A program made the position numbers and the translations under genes. 64,000 bases of DNA from an uncultured Eubacteriales bacterium. Its GTDB lineage: Bacteria; Bacillota; Clostridia; Oscillospirales; CAG-272. The notes beneath the pieces are model-generated. The model worked only from the letters and a program-made list of their open reading frames with translations, had not been told where the DNA came from and ran no database searches. Location of the stretch: assembly GCA_934378145.1 (NCBI GenBank), contig CAKXXW010000002.1:10426-74425 (forward strand), written 5' to 3'. Positions 49,250-58,593 of this stretch are shown here, one piece after another; position 1 is the first letter of the stretch; each line of letters opens with the position of its first letter.

Positions 49250-51310
49250 ATGGCAAAAGTTCAATCGGATATGATCAGAAATGTTGCTCTGCTCGGACAC
49301 GGCGGAAGCGGCAAAACATCTCTCGCCGAGGCTATGCTTTACATAAGCGGCGGAACAGACCGCTTAGGCAAGACCCCCGACGGAAACACCGTATGTGACT
49401 ACGATCCCGAGGAGCAGAAGCGCGGCTTCTCCATCTCCACGGCGCTGGCTCCCGTTATGTGGAACGGAGCGAAGATAAATGTTCTCGACACCCCCGGATT
49501 CCTTGATTTCGTGGGCGAAGTTTCCCAGGCACTCAGAGTCGCCGGCCTCGCCGTCATCACGGTCGACGCGAAGGCGGGTATGGAGGTCGGAACCGAGCTT
49601 GCATGGGACAACGCGACCGAAGCAGGCCTGCCGAAGGCTTTCTTCGTAAACAAATTCGACGATCCCGAGGCCCGCTTCAAACGCGTCCTCACTCAGCTCC
49701 ACGACAAGTACGGCTCGGCTGTCTGCCCCATCACCGTTCCGACGGTCGAAAACGGACAGGTCACAGGCTTCCTCGACCTTCTCGATATGAAGGATTACAG
49801 CTATGACAACAAGGGCAACTACACCTCGAAGGATATTCCCGACGCCTTCAAAGCCGAGGCTGATGAATACCACAATATGCTTCTCGAAGCCGTCGCCGGA
49901 ACCGATGAAGAGCTTATGATGAAGTATTTTGACGGCGAAGAGATCACCCGCGACGAGGCGGTCAAGGCTCTCCACGACGGCGTTGTGAGAAATGAGATCG
50001 TTCCCGTATTCTGCGGATCCGCCGGCAAGCTCTGGGGCGTCCGCAACCTGCTCGACACGATAGTCGATACCTTCCCGCGCTTCACCGCGAGAGAGTATGA
50101 GAGAGGTGCCGACGGCGAAAAGATAAAGATCGACGAGAACGGTGAGACCGCTATCTTCGTGTTCAAGACGGTCGCCGACCCGTTCGTCGGTAAGATGTCG
50201 TTCTTCAAGGTCATGAACGGCACCCTCAAGCGCGATATGGTACTGAAGAACACCACGACCGGTATGCAGGAAAAGATGGCTCACATTTATGTGATGAAGG
50301 GCAAGACACAGACAGAGGTCGACGAGCTTGCCTGCGGCGATATCGGTATGATCGCAAAGCTCGCAAATACCAACACAAACGACACCCTCACAGCCGGTGC
50401 GGAGATCTCCTACGCTCCTACGGTATATCCGAAGCCCTTCATGGAGATGGCTATCACGCCGCTTGCAAAGGGAGACGAGGACAAGATCTCGCAGGGTATC
50501 ACAAAGCTGCTTGAAGAAGACCGCACCCTCAAATACGAAAATAACCCCGAGACAAAGCAGATGGTCATCTCGGGGATCGGAGATATGCACCTTGATGTCG
50601 TCGTATCGAAGCTGAAGAACCGCTTCGGCACCTCCGTCAAGCTCGAAACACCGAAGATCCCCTACCGTGAGACCATTAAGAAAGCCGTCGATGTCGAAGG
50701 CAAGCACAAAAAGCAGTCGGGCGGTCACGGTCAGTACGGTCATGTAAAGATCAAGTTCGCTCCCGGCGAGGGCGACGGACTCACCTTCACCGAAACGGTC
50801 TTCGGCGGAGCTGTTCCGAAGAACTTCTTCCCCGCCGTCGAAAAGGGTCTGCTTGAGGCTATGCAGTGCGGTGTTGCGGGTTACCCGATGGTCGGACTTG
50901 CCGCAAACCTCTATGACGGCTCCTACCACCCGGTCGACTCCAACGAGCTTTCCTTCAAGGTCGCGGCATCCCTTGCGTACAAGAAGTGCCTTGAGACCGC
51001 GAACCCGATCCTTCTCGAGCCTGTCGGTGAGATGAAGGTCCTCGTCCCCGAAAGTATGGTCGGTGATGTTATGGGCGACCTCAACAAGCGCCGCGCAAGA
51101 GTTATGGGTATGACTCCTTCCGAGACGAAGAAGGGCTACACGGTCGTTGAAGCCGAGGCTCCGAAGTCCGAGATCCTTGATTACCCGATCGCGCTCCGCG
51201 CCATGACGCAGGGACGCGGCTCCTACGATTACAAGTTCGTCCGCTACGAGGAAGTCCCCGCCGCGAACGCACAGAAGATCGTCGAAGCTTACAAGAAATC
51301 TCAGGAATAA
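49250..51310 (+). CDS. elongation factor G-family GTPase (EF-G2-like paralog, outside an rpsL-rpsG-fusA-tuf str operon context)
   Basis: G1 GHGGSGKTS, G3 DTPGF, G4 NKFD, and domains II-V in EF-G order. Start at MAKVQSDMIRNVALLGH after the AAGGAGG RBS. Confidence 0.88.
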   Translation: MAKVQSDMIRNVALLGHGGSGKTSLAEAMLYISGGTDRLGKTPDGNTVCDYDPEEQKRGFSISTALAPVMWNGAKINVLDTPGFLDFVGEVSQALRVAGLAVITVDAKAGMEVGTELAWDNATEAGLPKAFFVNKFDDPEARFKRVLTQLHDKYGSAVCPITVPTVENGQVTGFLDLLDMKDYSYDNKGNYTSKDIPDAFKAEADEYHNMLLEAVAGTDEELMMKYFDGEEITRDEAVKALHDGVVRNEIVPVFCGSAGKLWGVRNLLDTIVDTFPRFTAREYERGADGEKIKIDENGETAIFVFKTVADPFVGKMSFFKVMNGTLKRDMVLKNTTTGMQEKMAHIYVMKGKTQTEVDELACGDIGMIAKLANTNTNDTLTAGAEISYAPTVYPKPFMEMAITPLAKGDEDKISQGITKLLEEDRTLKYENNPETKQMVISGIGDMHLDVVVSKLKNRFGTSVKLETPKIPYRETIKKAVDVEGKHKKQSGGHGQYGHVKIKFAPGEGDGLTFTETVFGGAVPKNFFPAVEKGLLEAMQCGVAGYPMVGLAANLYDGSYHPVDSNELSFKVAASLAYKKCLETANPILLEPVGEMKVLVPESMVGDVMGDLNKRRARVMGMTPSETKKGYTVVEAEAPKSEILDYPIALRAMTQGRGSYDYKFVRYEEVPAANAQKIVEAYKKSQE

Positions 51311-51320
51311 TAAATTTCAG

Positions 51321-51360
51321 ATAGCCAAAGCCCGCGGAAATTCCCGCGGGCTTTGGCTAT
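51321..51360. terminator. hairpin terminator between the EF-G paralog and the convergent deacetylase gene
   Basis: 17-bp arms ATAGCCAAAGCCCGCGG / CCGCGGGCTTTGGCTAT with a 6-nt loop. The right arm overlaps the stop of the minus-strand gene; T-rich tract follows. Confidence 0.75.
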
Positions 51361-52055
51361 TTCTTTTCTTCGATAAGTCGGCTGACCGTGACAAAGGTGT
51401 ATCCCTCGTCAAGCAGGCGCGGAATGATTATTTTCAGTGCCTCTATCGTATGGCAGCTCTTAGTGACATAATCGTGCATAAGGATTATGTCACCCGACTT
51501 CACATTCTTCATAACATTGCCGACGATCGTCGAGGTCGGCGTACCCGCCCAGTCACGGGTATCGACGCTCCAGATTATCACCGAATATTCGCGGTCGGTC
51601 GACATTACCTTCACGGCGTCGTCGATCACTCCTTCGGGCGGTCTGAAAAGCACGGGAGCCTTTCCCGTGACCTTCTTTATCGCCGCCTCGCACTTTTCGA
51701 CCTCTTTTTCAAGTCCGGCAAGGCTGAGATTCTTCACATGGGGATGAGTATAGGTGTGGTTCCCTATCTCGTGTCCCTCCTCGATCACGCGCCGCGAAAC
51801 ATCCGGATAATATTCGACATTGCTGCCGACCTCAAAAAAGGTCGCCTTGATCCCGTACTGCGCAAGGATATCAAGTATTATCGGCGTGTTTTTCGGGTGC
51901 GGTCCGTCGTCAAAGGTAAGAGCTATCAGCTTTTTGTCGTTTTTGCAGCTGCTGTAAACGCGACAGCCCGAGATCTCCGCCGACACCGGCAGAGCGGCAT
52001 AAAAAAGCATCACCGACAGCATAAAAAGGCTTATAAGCCCTCTCCTGAGCCTCAT
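51357..52055 (-). CDS. polysaccharide deacetylase (NodB/CE4) family protein, secreted
   Basis: Signal peptide plus NodB motifs TFDDGP and HEIGNHTYTHP. Confidence 0.88.
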   Translation of the reverse strand: MRLRRGLISLFMLSVMLFYAALPVSAEISGCRVYSSCKNDKKLIALTFDDGPHPKNTPIILDILAQYGIKATFFEVGSNVEYYPDVSRRVIEEGHEIGNHTYTHPHVKNLSLAGLEKEVEKCEAAIKKVTGKAPVLFRPPEGVIDDAVKVMSTDREYSVIIWSVDTRDWAGTPTSTIVGNVMKNVKSGDIILMHDYVTKSCHTIEALKIIIPRLLDEGYTFVTVSRLIEEKK

Positions 52056-52861
52056 TCGGACACCTCTTCGCGCGAAAGCCCTTCAAGCGTGCGGAAAGAG
52101 TAGCCCTGCGCCTTCAGTTCACGGATCACATCTCCGAGAACGGCAGCATTCGTCGCCGAGGTCGGGTGAAGCAGCATTATCTCTCCGTTGTGGATGTTCG
52201 CAAGGATCTTCTTCTTTGCGACCTCCGGTGCCATCTGACGGCTGTTGTCCCAATCGGCGTAGGCAAAGCTCCAGAACACCGTCTTGTATCCGAGTTCGGA
52301 GGCGAATCTCAGATTCTCCTCGCTGAATTTTCCCTCGGGCGGACGGTAGATCTTCGCCATTTCCTTGCCGGTAGTCTTACGATAAAGGTCGGAAAGCTCC
52401 GAAAGCTCAGCCGAAAATGTGTCAATATCGTGTATCGCCGTCATATTCTTATGATGTGCCGTGTGATTGCAGACGGCGTGCCCCTCGTTCGCCATACGAG
52501 CGACAAGCTCGGGATAAGCCTTCACGAGATGGATAAGAATAAAGAAAGAGCCGCAGACCTGCTCTGCTTTCAGAACATCGAGTATCTTTTCGACATTCCC
52601 GTTCTCATATCCGGCATCAAATGTCAGGTAGATGACCTTCTCCGGCGAGTCATCTCCGTACCTCGGGTCAATATAATAGCCCTCGTATTTTTCGATAAAT
52701 TTCATCGACGGCTCGCAGGGCGGCTGCCTGTGGTCGGAATTTCTCATACAGTACCAGCCGTAAGCCTTCGTTGCGCTGCCCTCTCCCGTCGCACCGGTCG
52801 GCGACACAAGGGCTGCGCAGGTCAGCGTTGCGGCAAGCAAAAAAATTATGATCTTTTTCAT
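52052..52861 (-). CDS. pdaA: PdaA-like delta-lactam-biosynthetic de-N-acetylase (spore cortex)
   Basis: YGWYCMRNSDHRQPP..., IYLTFDAGYENGN, HAVCNHTAHH, LYRPPEGKFSE and TVFWSFAYADW parallel B. subtilis PdaA blocks. ATGA overlap with the downstream CE4 gene. Confidence 0.8.
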   Translation of the reverse strand: MKKIIIFLLAATLTCAALVSPTGATGEGSATKAYGWYCMRNSDHRQPPCEPSMKFIEKYEGYYIDPRYGDDSPEKVIYLTFDAGYENGNVEKILDVLKAEQVCGSFFILIHLVKAYPELVARMANEGHAVCNHTAHHKNMTAIHDIDTFSAELSELSDLYRKTTGKEMAKIYRPPEGKFSEENLRFASELGYKTVFWSFAYADWDNSRQMAPEVAKKKILANIHNGEIMLLHPTSATNAAVLGDVIRELKAQGYSFRTLEGLSREEVSE

Positions 52862-53076
52862 CGGGTCTTCCTCCTTCGGTTTACAAATATTTTTTCGTAT
52901 CGAAAAGCCCGATATACAGGTAAAAATAAGCCTCTGTATTCAGCTTTTTTCATTCGAGAGCGAGAATTCCCCGCTTTCCTGCCGTAGGGAAAAGTGTCAG
53001 ATTTTGTTTGCATACATAATATGGTATCGAAAGAGGTATCAAGCTGCCTCTTAATTCTGATAAGGAGGAAAAACCT

Positions 53077-53934
53077 ATGGCAGATTGCAGATTCCCCATC
53101 GGCAATCAGGCAAGAGACAATATCTGCATAGAGGCAAACAGGATCCTTGATTCCTGCCGCGACCGCGATTGCTTCGATAATTCCCGTGTATATCTCACGG
53201 CGACCGGAAACGATCTTATCGAACGCACGGGGACCGTCCGCACACGCTACGCCGAGATCCTCGGAACAGCGATAGGCGTTGATCCCATACAGTTCAACCG
53301 CGGATTCTATTCTGTCTCGATAAGATATTATATCAAGCTCACCTGCGAAGCCTGCGTAAATCCCGGAAATCCGCAGGAATTCGAGGGCATCGCAGTCCTT
53401 GACAAGAATGTCGTGCTTTACGGCGGAGAGACCGGCGCATGCGTATTCCGCAGCACTCCCGGAACGGGCTTCTGCGCCCCTACCGAGCTTTGCACCGGAG
53501 CCGCAAACGCCCCCGGCGCCGTCATCGAAGCGGTCGATCCCATCGTTCTCGATCTCAGGGTCGTCGACACTTCCTGCACTCCCTGCAAGCCTTGCAAGCC
53601 CTGCGGCTGCGGTTGCGGAGGAAGCACGGTCGGCACGGTCACAGAGATCCCCGAGGTTATTGCCGCGTCGCTTGACGGCGATATAGTTGAGGGCGGCGAC
53701 CGTGTTCTGTTTGCGACCGTCGGACTCTTCTCGATAGTGAGACTCGTCCGCCCCGCGCAGTACATGATAAACGCGACCGAGTACACCGTTCCCGACAAGG
53801 AATGCTTCGAGCCGAAAGAATCCGATCCCTGCGGTGTATTCCGCAACATGGCGTTCCCCGTAAGCGAATTCGGTATAACCACGGTACCGACTCCGCCTCA
53901 GGGAGACAGACCCACAAAGCGCTGCGGCTCATAA
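53077..53934 (+). CDS. Cys-rich protein of unknown function (18 Cys; CKPCKPCGCGCGG cluster)
   Basis: AAGGAGG RBS 8 nt before the ATG and a terminator directly after the stop. N-terminal motif ICIEANRILDSCRDRDCFDN. No enzyme motif recognised. Confidence 0.7.
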   Translation: MADCRFPIGNQARDNICIEANRILDSCRDRDCFDNSRVYLTATGNDLIERTGTVRTRYAEILGTAIGVDPIQFNRGFYSVSIRYYIKLTCEACVNPGNPQEFEGIAVLDKNVVLYGGETGACVFRSTPGTGFCAPTELCTGAANAPGAVIEAVDPIVLDLRVVDTSCTPCKPCKPCGCGCGGSTVGTVTEIPEVIAASLDGDIVEGGDRVLFATVGLFSIVRLVRPAQYMINATEYTVPDKECFEPKESDPCGVFRNMAFPVSEFGITTVPTPPQGDRPTKRCGS

Positions 53935-53945
53935 CCGCGAAAAAA

Positions 53946-53987
53946 GGAGCTATCGCGCGTCTGCGCGATAGCTCCCGATGTTTTTTT
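53946..53987. terminator. rho-independent terminator after the Cys-rich gene (shared with convergent vanZ-like gene)
   Basis: GGAGCTATCGCGC-GTCT-GCGCGATAGCTCC followed by a T7 run. Confidence 0.85.
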
Positions 53988-54444
53988 ATCTCTCCGGTCT
54001 TTTTGACTTCGCCTTTGCCGCGAAAGTTATTGCCCGTATTCCGAGAAGCAGTGCGATACCGAACACAGCGCCCGAAATATCGAGCCAGACATCCTGCACC
54101 TGCGGTCCCCTGCCCGAAAATATCTGTATCGTCTCGTCGCAGAGAGCCACCGTTGCCGCGGCGAAGGTCACATTCAGATATGCCTGAAGGCTCTTTTTTC
54201 TCATGACCCAGAGAAGCACCGAAAGCTCGGCTCCGAGCGCGGCAAACTCGGTAAAATGTGCCAGCTTGCGGACAAGCTTCCCGTTCACATTCCCCTCTCC
54301 GAAGACAAGCTCGAAAAGCGCGACGACCCGCGAGCTTTCCTTGTCCGAATCGACCTTATCCGGGATCGAGCGCGAAAATATGAATATCACGGTCAGTGCC
54401 GTGAGAATACAGACTATAATAAGAGGTATCCTTGCTTTTGTCAT
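53986..54444 (-). CDS. VanZ-family membrane protein
   Basis: About 150 aa, 4 TM. Motifs KLAHFTEFAALG and DETIQIFSGRGPQVQDVWLD are typical of VanZ-like proteins. Start set at MTKARIPLII. Confidence 0.75.
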   Translation of the reverse strand: MTKARIPLIIVCILTALTVIFIFSRSIPDKVDSDKESSRVVALFELVFGEGNVNGKLVRKLAHFTEFAALGAELSVLLWVMRKKSLQAYLNVTFAAATVALCDETIQIFSGRGPQVQDVWLDISGAVFGIALLLGIRAITFAAKAKSKRPER

Positions 54445-54553
54445 TTTTGTCCCCGCCGTTCCCTTTTTTGATCTTATGATACAGCAACGCGGGTCCCTTG
54501 TCAAGTATTCTTTGTTTTTTATGTGTAGCGAAAGTGAAATTTGAGTCTTTTGC

Positions 54554-54582
54554 TTGCAACGCGGGGCTTTATATGGTATAAT
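54554..54582 (+). promoter_or_regulatory. near-consensus sigma-A promoter (extended -10) for the five-gene TF-like/DUF5685/J-protein module
   Basis: TTGCAA, 17 nt, TATAAT with TGG immediately upstream of the -10. Confidence 0.65.
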
Positions 54583-54615
54583 GATATAAATATTTTTTTA
54601 TGAAGGAAACCGGAT

Positions 54616-55878
54616 ATGAAAAAAAGAACTCTCATGATGCTTGCGGCGGGATGCCTTGCCGCTGTTACACTGCTGTCTTCATGCGGCTCATGCACGATAA
54701 CCAAGCCCGATGACGGAAGCGGTACGGTAACATCCGACGACGGCAACTCATCAAATGACGAGCACCCGGTAATAGACTTTTCAAAGGAAGATATAACAAA
54801 ATATATCGTTCTCGGCGATACAAAAGGACTCAAACTGACCTACAATGTCGGTATCACCGAAGAGCTTCTCGACGATACGATGAAAACCATCGCAAAGAAC
54901 AACGGATATTACACCGAGCTTATCACCGATCGCGTAACGGCGAAAGGCGATGTACTCGTGATAGACTTTGAAGGCACCATGGACGGTGAGCGTTTCGAGG
55001 GCGGCTCTGCCGAAAACAAGACCATTTCGCTCACCGAAAGCACAGGTTATATCGAGGGCTTTGACAAGGATCTCTACGGAGTCGAAGCAGGCACCGTCGT
55101 GAACACCGAGGTCACCTTCCCCGACAACTACTATGAGGGACTTGCCGGCAAAAAGGCAGTCTTCAAGATAACCGTCAAGGGCATCGTAAAGGAATTCGGC
55201 TTCACCGACGAGACAGTCAACGAATACACGAACGGCGACTACAAGACCGTTGCCGATTTCCGCGAATATTCGCGCAAGAAGATAATAAAGAGCAACCTTG
55301 AGGACTTCGACTCGGCTGTCGAGGACAAGCTCATCGACCTCATCGCCGAAGCCTCCGAGATAAAGGAGATCCCGCAGGCGCAGATAGACTACTACTATTA
55401 CTCCGACTACAACAGCGCAAAAGCCTATTACGAGCAGAACAAAGAGGTACTTCAGTATCTTTACGGCATAGCCTCGTTTGAAGTCTACCTCCAGCGCATC
55501 GGAATGACCGAAAAGGCGCTCACCGACGCCTCGACAAAGGAAGCGAGAAGAGACATAATCCTCGTTGCCTACGCAAAGGCGAACGGGATCACCGTCTCCG
55601 ACGAGGAATACGAAAAGACCGTCGAAGAGATGGCGACATCTTACGGCTTCAGCTCCGTCTCAGCGCTCAAGGAGAGCTTCGGTGAGATTTACCTGAAGCT
55701 TGCGGCACTCAAGGACAAGACAATGAAGGCGATCCGCGCATCGGCAGATCTCACGACCGACTACGATGAATATTCCTACCTTCTGAACGAAAAGGAAGAG
55801 AAAAAGGATACCGACAGCGCACCTGCCGATGACAGCAGCACCGAAGCCGAACCCGACGACAGCGTCAGCGGAGAATGA
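54616..55878 (+). CDS. exported trigger-factor-like FKBP-type peptidyl-prolyl isomerase, lipoprotein
   Basis: Lipobox LLSSC. TF PPIase core (GDVLVIDFEGTMDGERFEGGSAEN...GLAGKKAVFKITVKGI) and TF-type C-terminal helical arm. No TF ribosome-binding GFRxGxxP signature. Confidence 0.8.
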   Translation: MKKRTLMMLAAGCLAAVTLLSSCGSCTITKPDDGSGTVTSDDGNSSNDEHPVIDFSKEDITKYIVLGDTKGLKLTYNVGITEELLDDTMKTIAKNNGYYTELITDRVTAKGDVLVIDFEGTMDGERFEGGSAENKTISLTESTGYIEGFDKDLYGVEAGTVVNTEVTFPDNYYEGLAGKKAVFKITVKGIVKEFGFTDETVNEYTNGDYKTVADFREYSRKKIIKSNLEDFDSAVEDKLIDLIAEASEIKEIPQAQIDYYYYSDYNSAKAYYEQNKEVLQYLYGIASFEVYLQRIGMTEKALTDASTKEARRDIILVAYAKANGITVSDEEYEKTVEEMATSYGFSSVSALKESFGEIYLKLAALKDKTMKAIRASADLTTDYDEYSYLLNEKEEKKDTDSAPADDSSTEAEPDDSVSGE

Positions 55879-57086
55879 AAAAAGCAAAACGCGGGCTGTG
55901 TGCGGTATCTGTCCTGCTTATCGCGCTGACCCTTGTCATGCAGTTTCCGGCTTCAGCCGAAACAAGCGGAGCCGTTGATTACTTTGCAGAAGGCTTTGAC
56001 CTCTCTTCATATGTGACCGTGGGCAAGACCGACGGAATGAAGATAGTCTGCAATGTCTGGCCCGAGGAAGCCGAGATCGACGAATATTACAGTAAACTCG
56101 CCGAGCAGGGCGGATATTACGATGAGCTTACCGACCGCACGACGAAGGGCGGAGACACTCTCTGCGTCGACTATGTCGGAAAGGTCGACGGCAATGAGGT
56201 CGACCGCGCCGAGAGAGCCTCTATAAAGCTCGTCAACGACAACGGCTATATATCGGGTTTTGATATAGGACTTTACGGTGTCCTTCCCGGCAAGACCGTG
56301 AAAAACAGCGTGACCTACCCCGACGATTACGAGAAAACTCCCGCACTTGCCGGCAAAACGGTCGAATACGAGATAACGGTAAGATATATCTTCGATTACC
56401 GCTTCACCGACAATGATGTTTATGTCTACACGAAGGGAAAACACAAGACCGTCGGTGATTTCAGAAAATTCATCGGCGAATACCTTGCCACCGACAGGCT
56501 GAAGAACTACGCCTCGACGCTCTACGGACTCGTTTCGGACGAGATACAGGTGCGTTCGACCTTCACCGACAAGGCATTGCCGGAAGAACAGATAACCTTT
56601 TATATCAATTGGACAAAGGGAAATTCCGATACAGAGAACACCGATGAGGAGCTTCGCGCCCTCGCCGCGCTCCAGGTGCGCGAGGATCTCTGCCTTGCCG
56701 CATATCTGAAACAGAACGGCGTTACCTTTGACGATGCACTTTACAAAAAAGAGCTGAAGACTCAGGCCGACTCCGCCGATGTCGATACCGACGCCCTTGA
56801 AGAATACTACGGCGGAAGGGATTACTGCCGCATAGCGCTCATGAAGGGTTACGCGATCCGCTACGCGCTCGAAAGGGCAGATGTCACGACCGACCGCGAG
56901 CAATATCTCTACCTTATCGAAAGCGGTACTGTCTCCGATACCGGCAGAGTGACCTATAATCCCGGTCAGAGCGGTGATAATAACGACGCCAACCTTTATA
57001 TAGTGATAGGTGCGGTCTCTGTCGCCGCGCTTGCCGTTGCCGCCGTCGCGGCGGTGTTTATCGTAAAGAAAAAACGGAGAAAGTAA
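55875..57086 (+). CDS. exported trigger-factor-like PPIase paralog with C-terminal membrane anchor
   Basis: Cleavable signal peptide (FPASAETSG) and the same FKBP plus C-arm layout (GDTLCVDYVGKVDGNEV...LAGKTVEYEITVRYI). C-terminal TM followed by KKKRRK. ATGA overlap with gene 1. Confidence 0.78.
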   Translation: MKKAKRGLCAVSVLLIALTLVMQFPASAETSGAVDYFAEGFDLSSYVTVGKTDGMKIVCNVWPEEAEIDEYYSKLAEQGGYYDELTDRTTKGGDTLCVDYVGKVDGNEVDRAERASIKLVNDNGYISGFDIGLYGVLPGKTVKNSVTYPDDYEKTPALAGKTVEYEITVRYIFDYRFTDNDVYVYTKGKHKTVGDFRKFIGEYLATDRLKNYASTLYGLVSDEIQVRSTFTDKALPEEQITFYINWTKGNSDTENTDEELRALAALQVREDLCLAAYLKQNGVTFDDALYKKELKTQADSADVDTDALEEYYGGRDYCRIALMKGYAIRYALERADVTTDREQYLYLIESGTVSDTGRVTYNPGQSGDNNDANLYIVIGAVSVAALAVAAVAAVFIVKKKRRK

Positions 57087-57971
57087 ATGTTCGGTTATGT
57101 AAGACCTTTTGTACCCGACCTTCGGGTGCGGGAAAACGAATATTACCGTTCGGTATATTGCGGACTCTGCCGCTCTCTCGGAAAATGCACCGGCTGTGCA
57201 TCAAAATTCACACTGAATTATGACTTCGTATTCGCGGCGCTTTTCCGGATGGCTGTCACGGGAGAAACTCCCGAGCTTTCGGAATACCGCTGTGCCGCGC
57301 ATCCGGCAAAAAAGCAGTTCGTCGCAAAGCCCTGCGCGTCGCTTGATTTTGCCGCGCGGGCGGGGATACTCCTGTCATACGAGAAGGCACTTGACGACAC
57401 GGTCGACGAAAAAGGATCAAAACGGCAGAAGGCAAGGCTACTTCTCACCTCCCTTTCCGGTATGGAGAAGAAGGCATCGGCGGCACTCCCCGGTGCGGGA
57501 GAAGCTCTGCGCAAAAGCCTTTCGGAGCTTTCCGAGGTAGAAAAAAAGGCAATGCCGTCGGTCGATGTTCCGGCTGACATATTCGGACAGGCGCTCGCCG
57601 ACCTGCTCTCCTACGGACTTGACGGAGACGCAAAAAGGCTGACCTTCTCCGCCGGACGCTCGCTCGGCAGATGGCTCTACATCATAGATGCCGCAGACGA
57701 TCTCGCTGATGATGTGAAAGCCGGGCGCTTCAATCCCTTTGCCCTTCTCTACGGGACAGGCACACTTGACGAAGAAAAAAAGGCTGACATTTTCAATGCG
57801 CTGACGGCCGAGCTTATGAAGCTCGACGCAACATTTGACCTGATAGAACAAAAAGAAGAACAGCGCGAAATTTTCGGACTGCTCGGCAATATAATTCATC
57901 TGGGGATGCCCGATGCCGCACAGCGGGTTCTCTATTCGGATATCGGAGGTAAAGACAAGGCTTATGAATGA
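57087..57971 (+). CDS. DUF5685-like protein (N-terminal CxxC-x5-CxxC, Asp-rich DAADDLADD motif)
   Basis: [37 protein letters not shown] matches my recollection of the DUF5685 N-terminus. ATG abuts the upstream TAA. Confidence 0.65.
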   Translation: MFGYVRPFVPDLRVRENEYYRSVYCGLCRSLGKCTGCASKFTLNYDFVFAALFRMAVTGETPELSEYRCAAHPAKKQFVAKPCASLDFAARAGILLSYEKALDDTVDEKGSKRQKARLLLTSLSGMEKKASAALPGAGEALRKSLSELSEVEKKAMPSVDVPADIFGQALADLLSYGLDGDAKRLTFSAGRSLGRWLYIIDAADDLADDVKAGRFNPFALLYGTGTLDEEKKADIFNALTAELMKLDATFDLIEQKEEQREIFGLLGNIIHLGMPDAAQRVLYSDIGGKDKAYE

Positions 57972-58593
57972 TCCCTACAAGGTACTCGGCGTCGAACGCA
58001 CGGCGACCGATGACGAGATAAAACAGGCGTACCGGAACCTTGCGCGCAAATATCATCCCGATAAATACAGGGATTCCGACCTTGCCGATATGGCGACCGA
58101 AAAGATGAAAGAGATCAACGCCGCCTATGAGGAGATACGCGACGAGCGCTCGGGAAAGAAAGCGCAGTCATCGTCTTCATCGTCGTCCTACTCGTACTCC
58201 TCGGGACCGAAAGTCGACAGTGAGGGGGGCACCGGCAGCGAGCTTTACCGTAATATAAGAATAGCCATAAACAACCGTCAGATCGACCGCGCCGAATACC
58301 TGCTCTCTACCGTTCCGGCGGACAAGCGCGACGCCGAATGGTACTTCCTCAGCGGCGCCGTCCAGATCGCAAGGGGTCACTATGTCGACGCGCAGAACTG
58401 TTTTGACAAGGCATGCGCCATGGATCCCTACAATCAGGAATACGCCGCGGCGCGAGATAACCTGAAAAATCACACTCAGCAATATAACAGGACCTACTAC
58501 ACGACCTCAAGGAGCGGCTGCTCGCTTTGCAGCATCTGCTCGACCCTTGCCTGCGTCAACTGCTGCTGCAATCTATTCGGTGGATGCAGATGA
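57964..58593 (+). CDS. J-domain protein with TPR-like middle and C-terminal cysteine string
   Basis: [32 protein letters not shown] (HPD present), Ser-rich linker, helical repeat region, and C-terminus [25 protein letters not shown]. 8-nt overlap with the upstream gene. Confidence 0.85.
   Translation: MNDPYKVLGVERTATDDEIKQAYRNLARKYHPDKYRDSDLADMATEKMKEINAAYEEIRDERSGKKAQSSSSSSSYSYSSGPKVDSEGGTGSELYRNIRIAINNRQIDRAEYLLSTVPADKRDAEWYFLSGAVQIARGHYVDAQNCFDKACAMDPYNQEYAAARDNLKNHTQQYNRTYYTTSRSGCSLCSICSTLACVNCCCNLFGGCR

Noticed and set aside
49364-50929. 521-aa ORF antisense to the EF-G paralog. Similar long antisense ORFs lie at 25888-27129 (uvrB), 32597-34039 (mutS), 34532-35764 (miaB), 36006-37094, 46074-47210 (metG), 48170-49192 (tatD), 56007-56903, 60334-61593 and 63002-63916.
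   Set aside because: All lie fully inside strongly supported genes on the opposite strand. They have no recognisable domains and lack their own promoter or RBS context. They are typical stop-codon-poor antisense frames.
52990-53030. Possible sigma-E or sigma-K (mother-cell) promoter upstream of the Cys-rich gene (CATACATAAT)
   Set aside because: Only the CATA core fits. I could not place a -35 element at the required spacing for either sigma factor, so no promoter feature is called.
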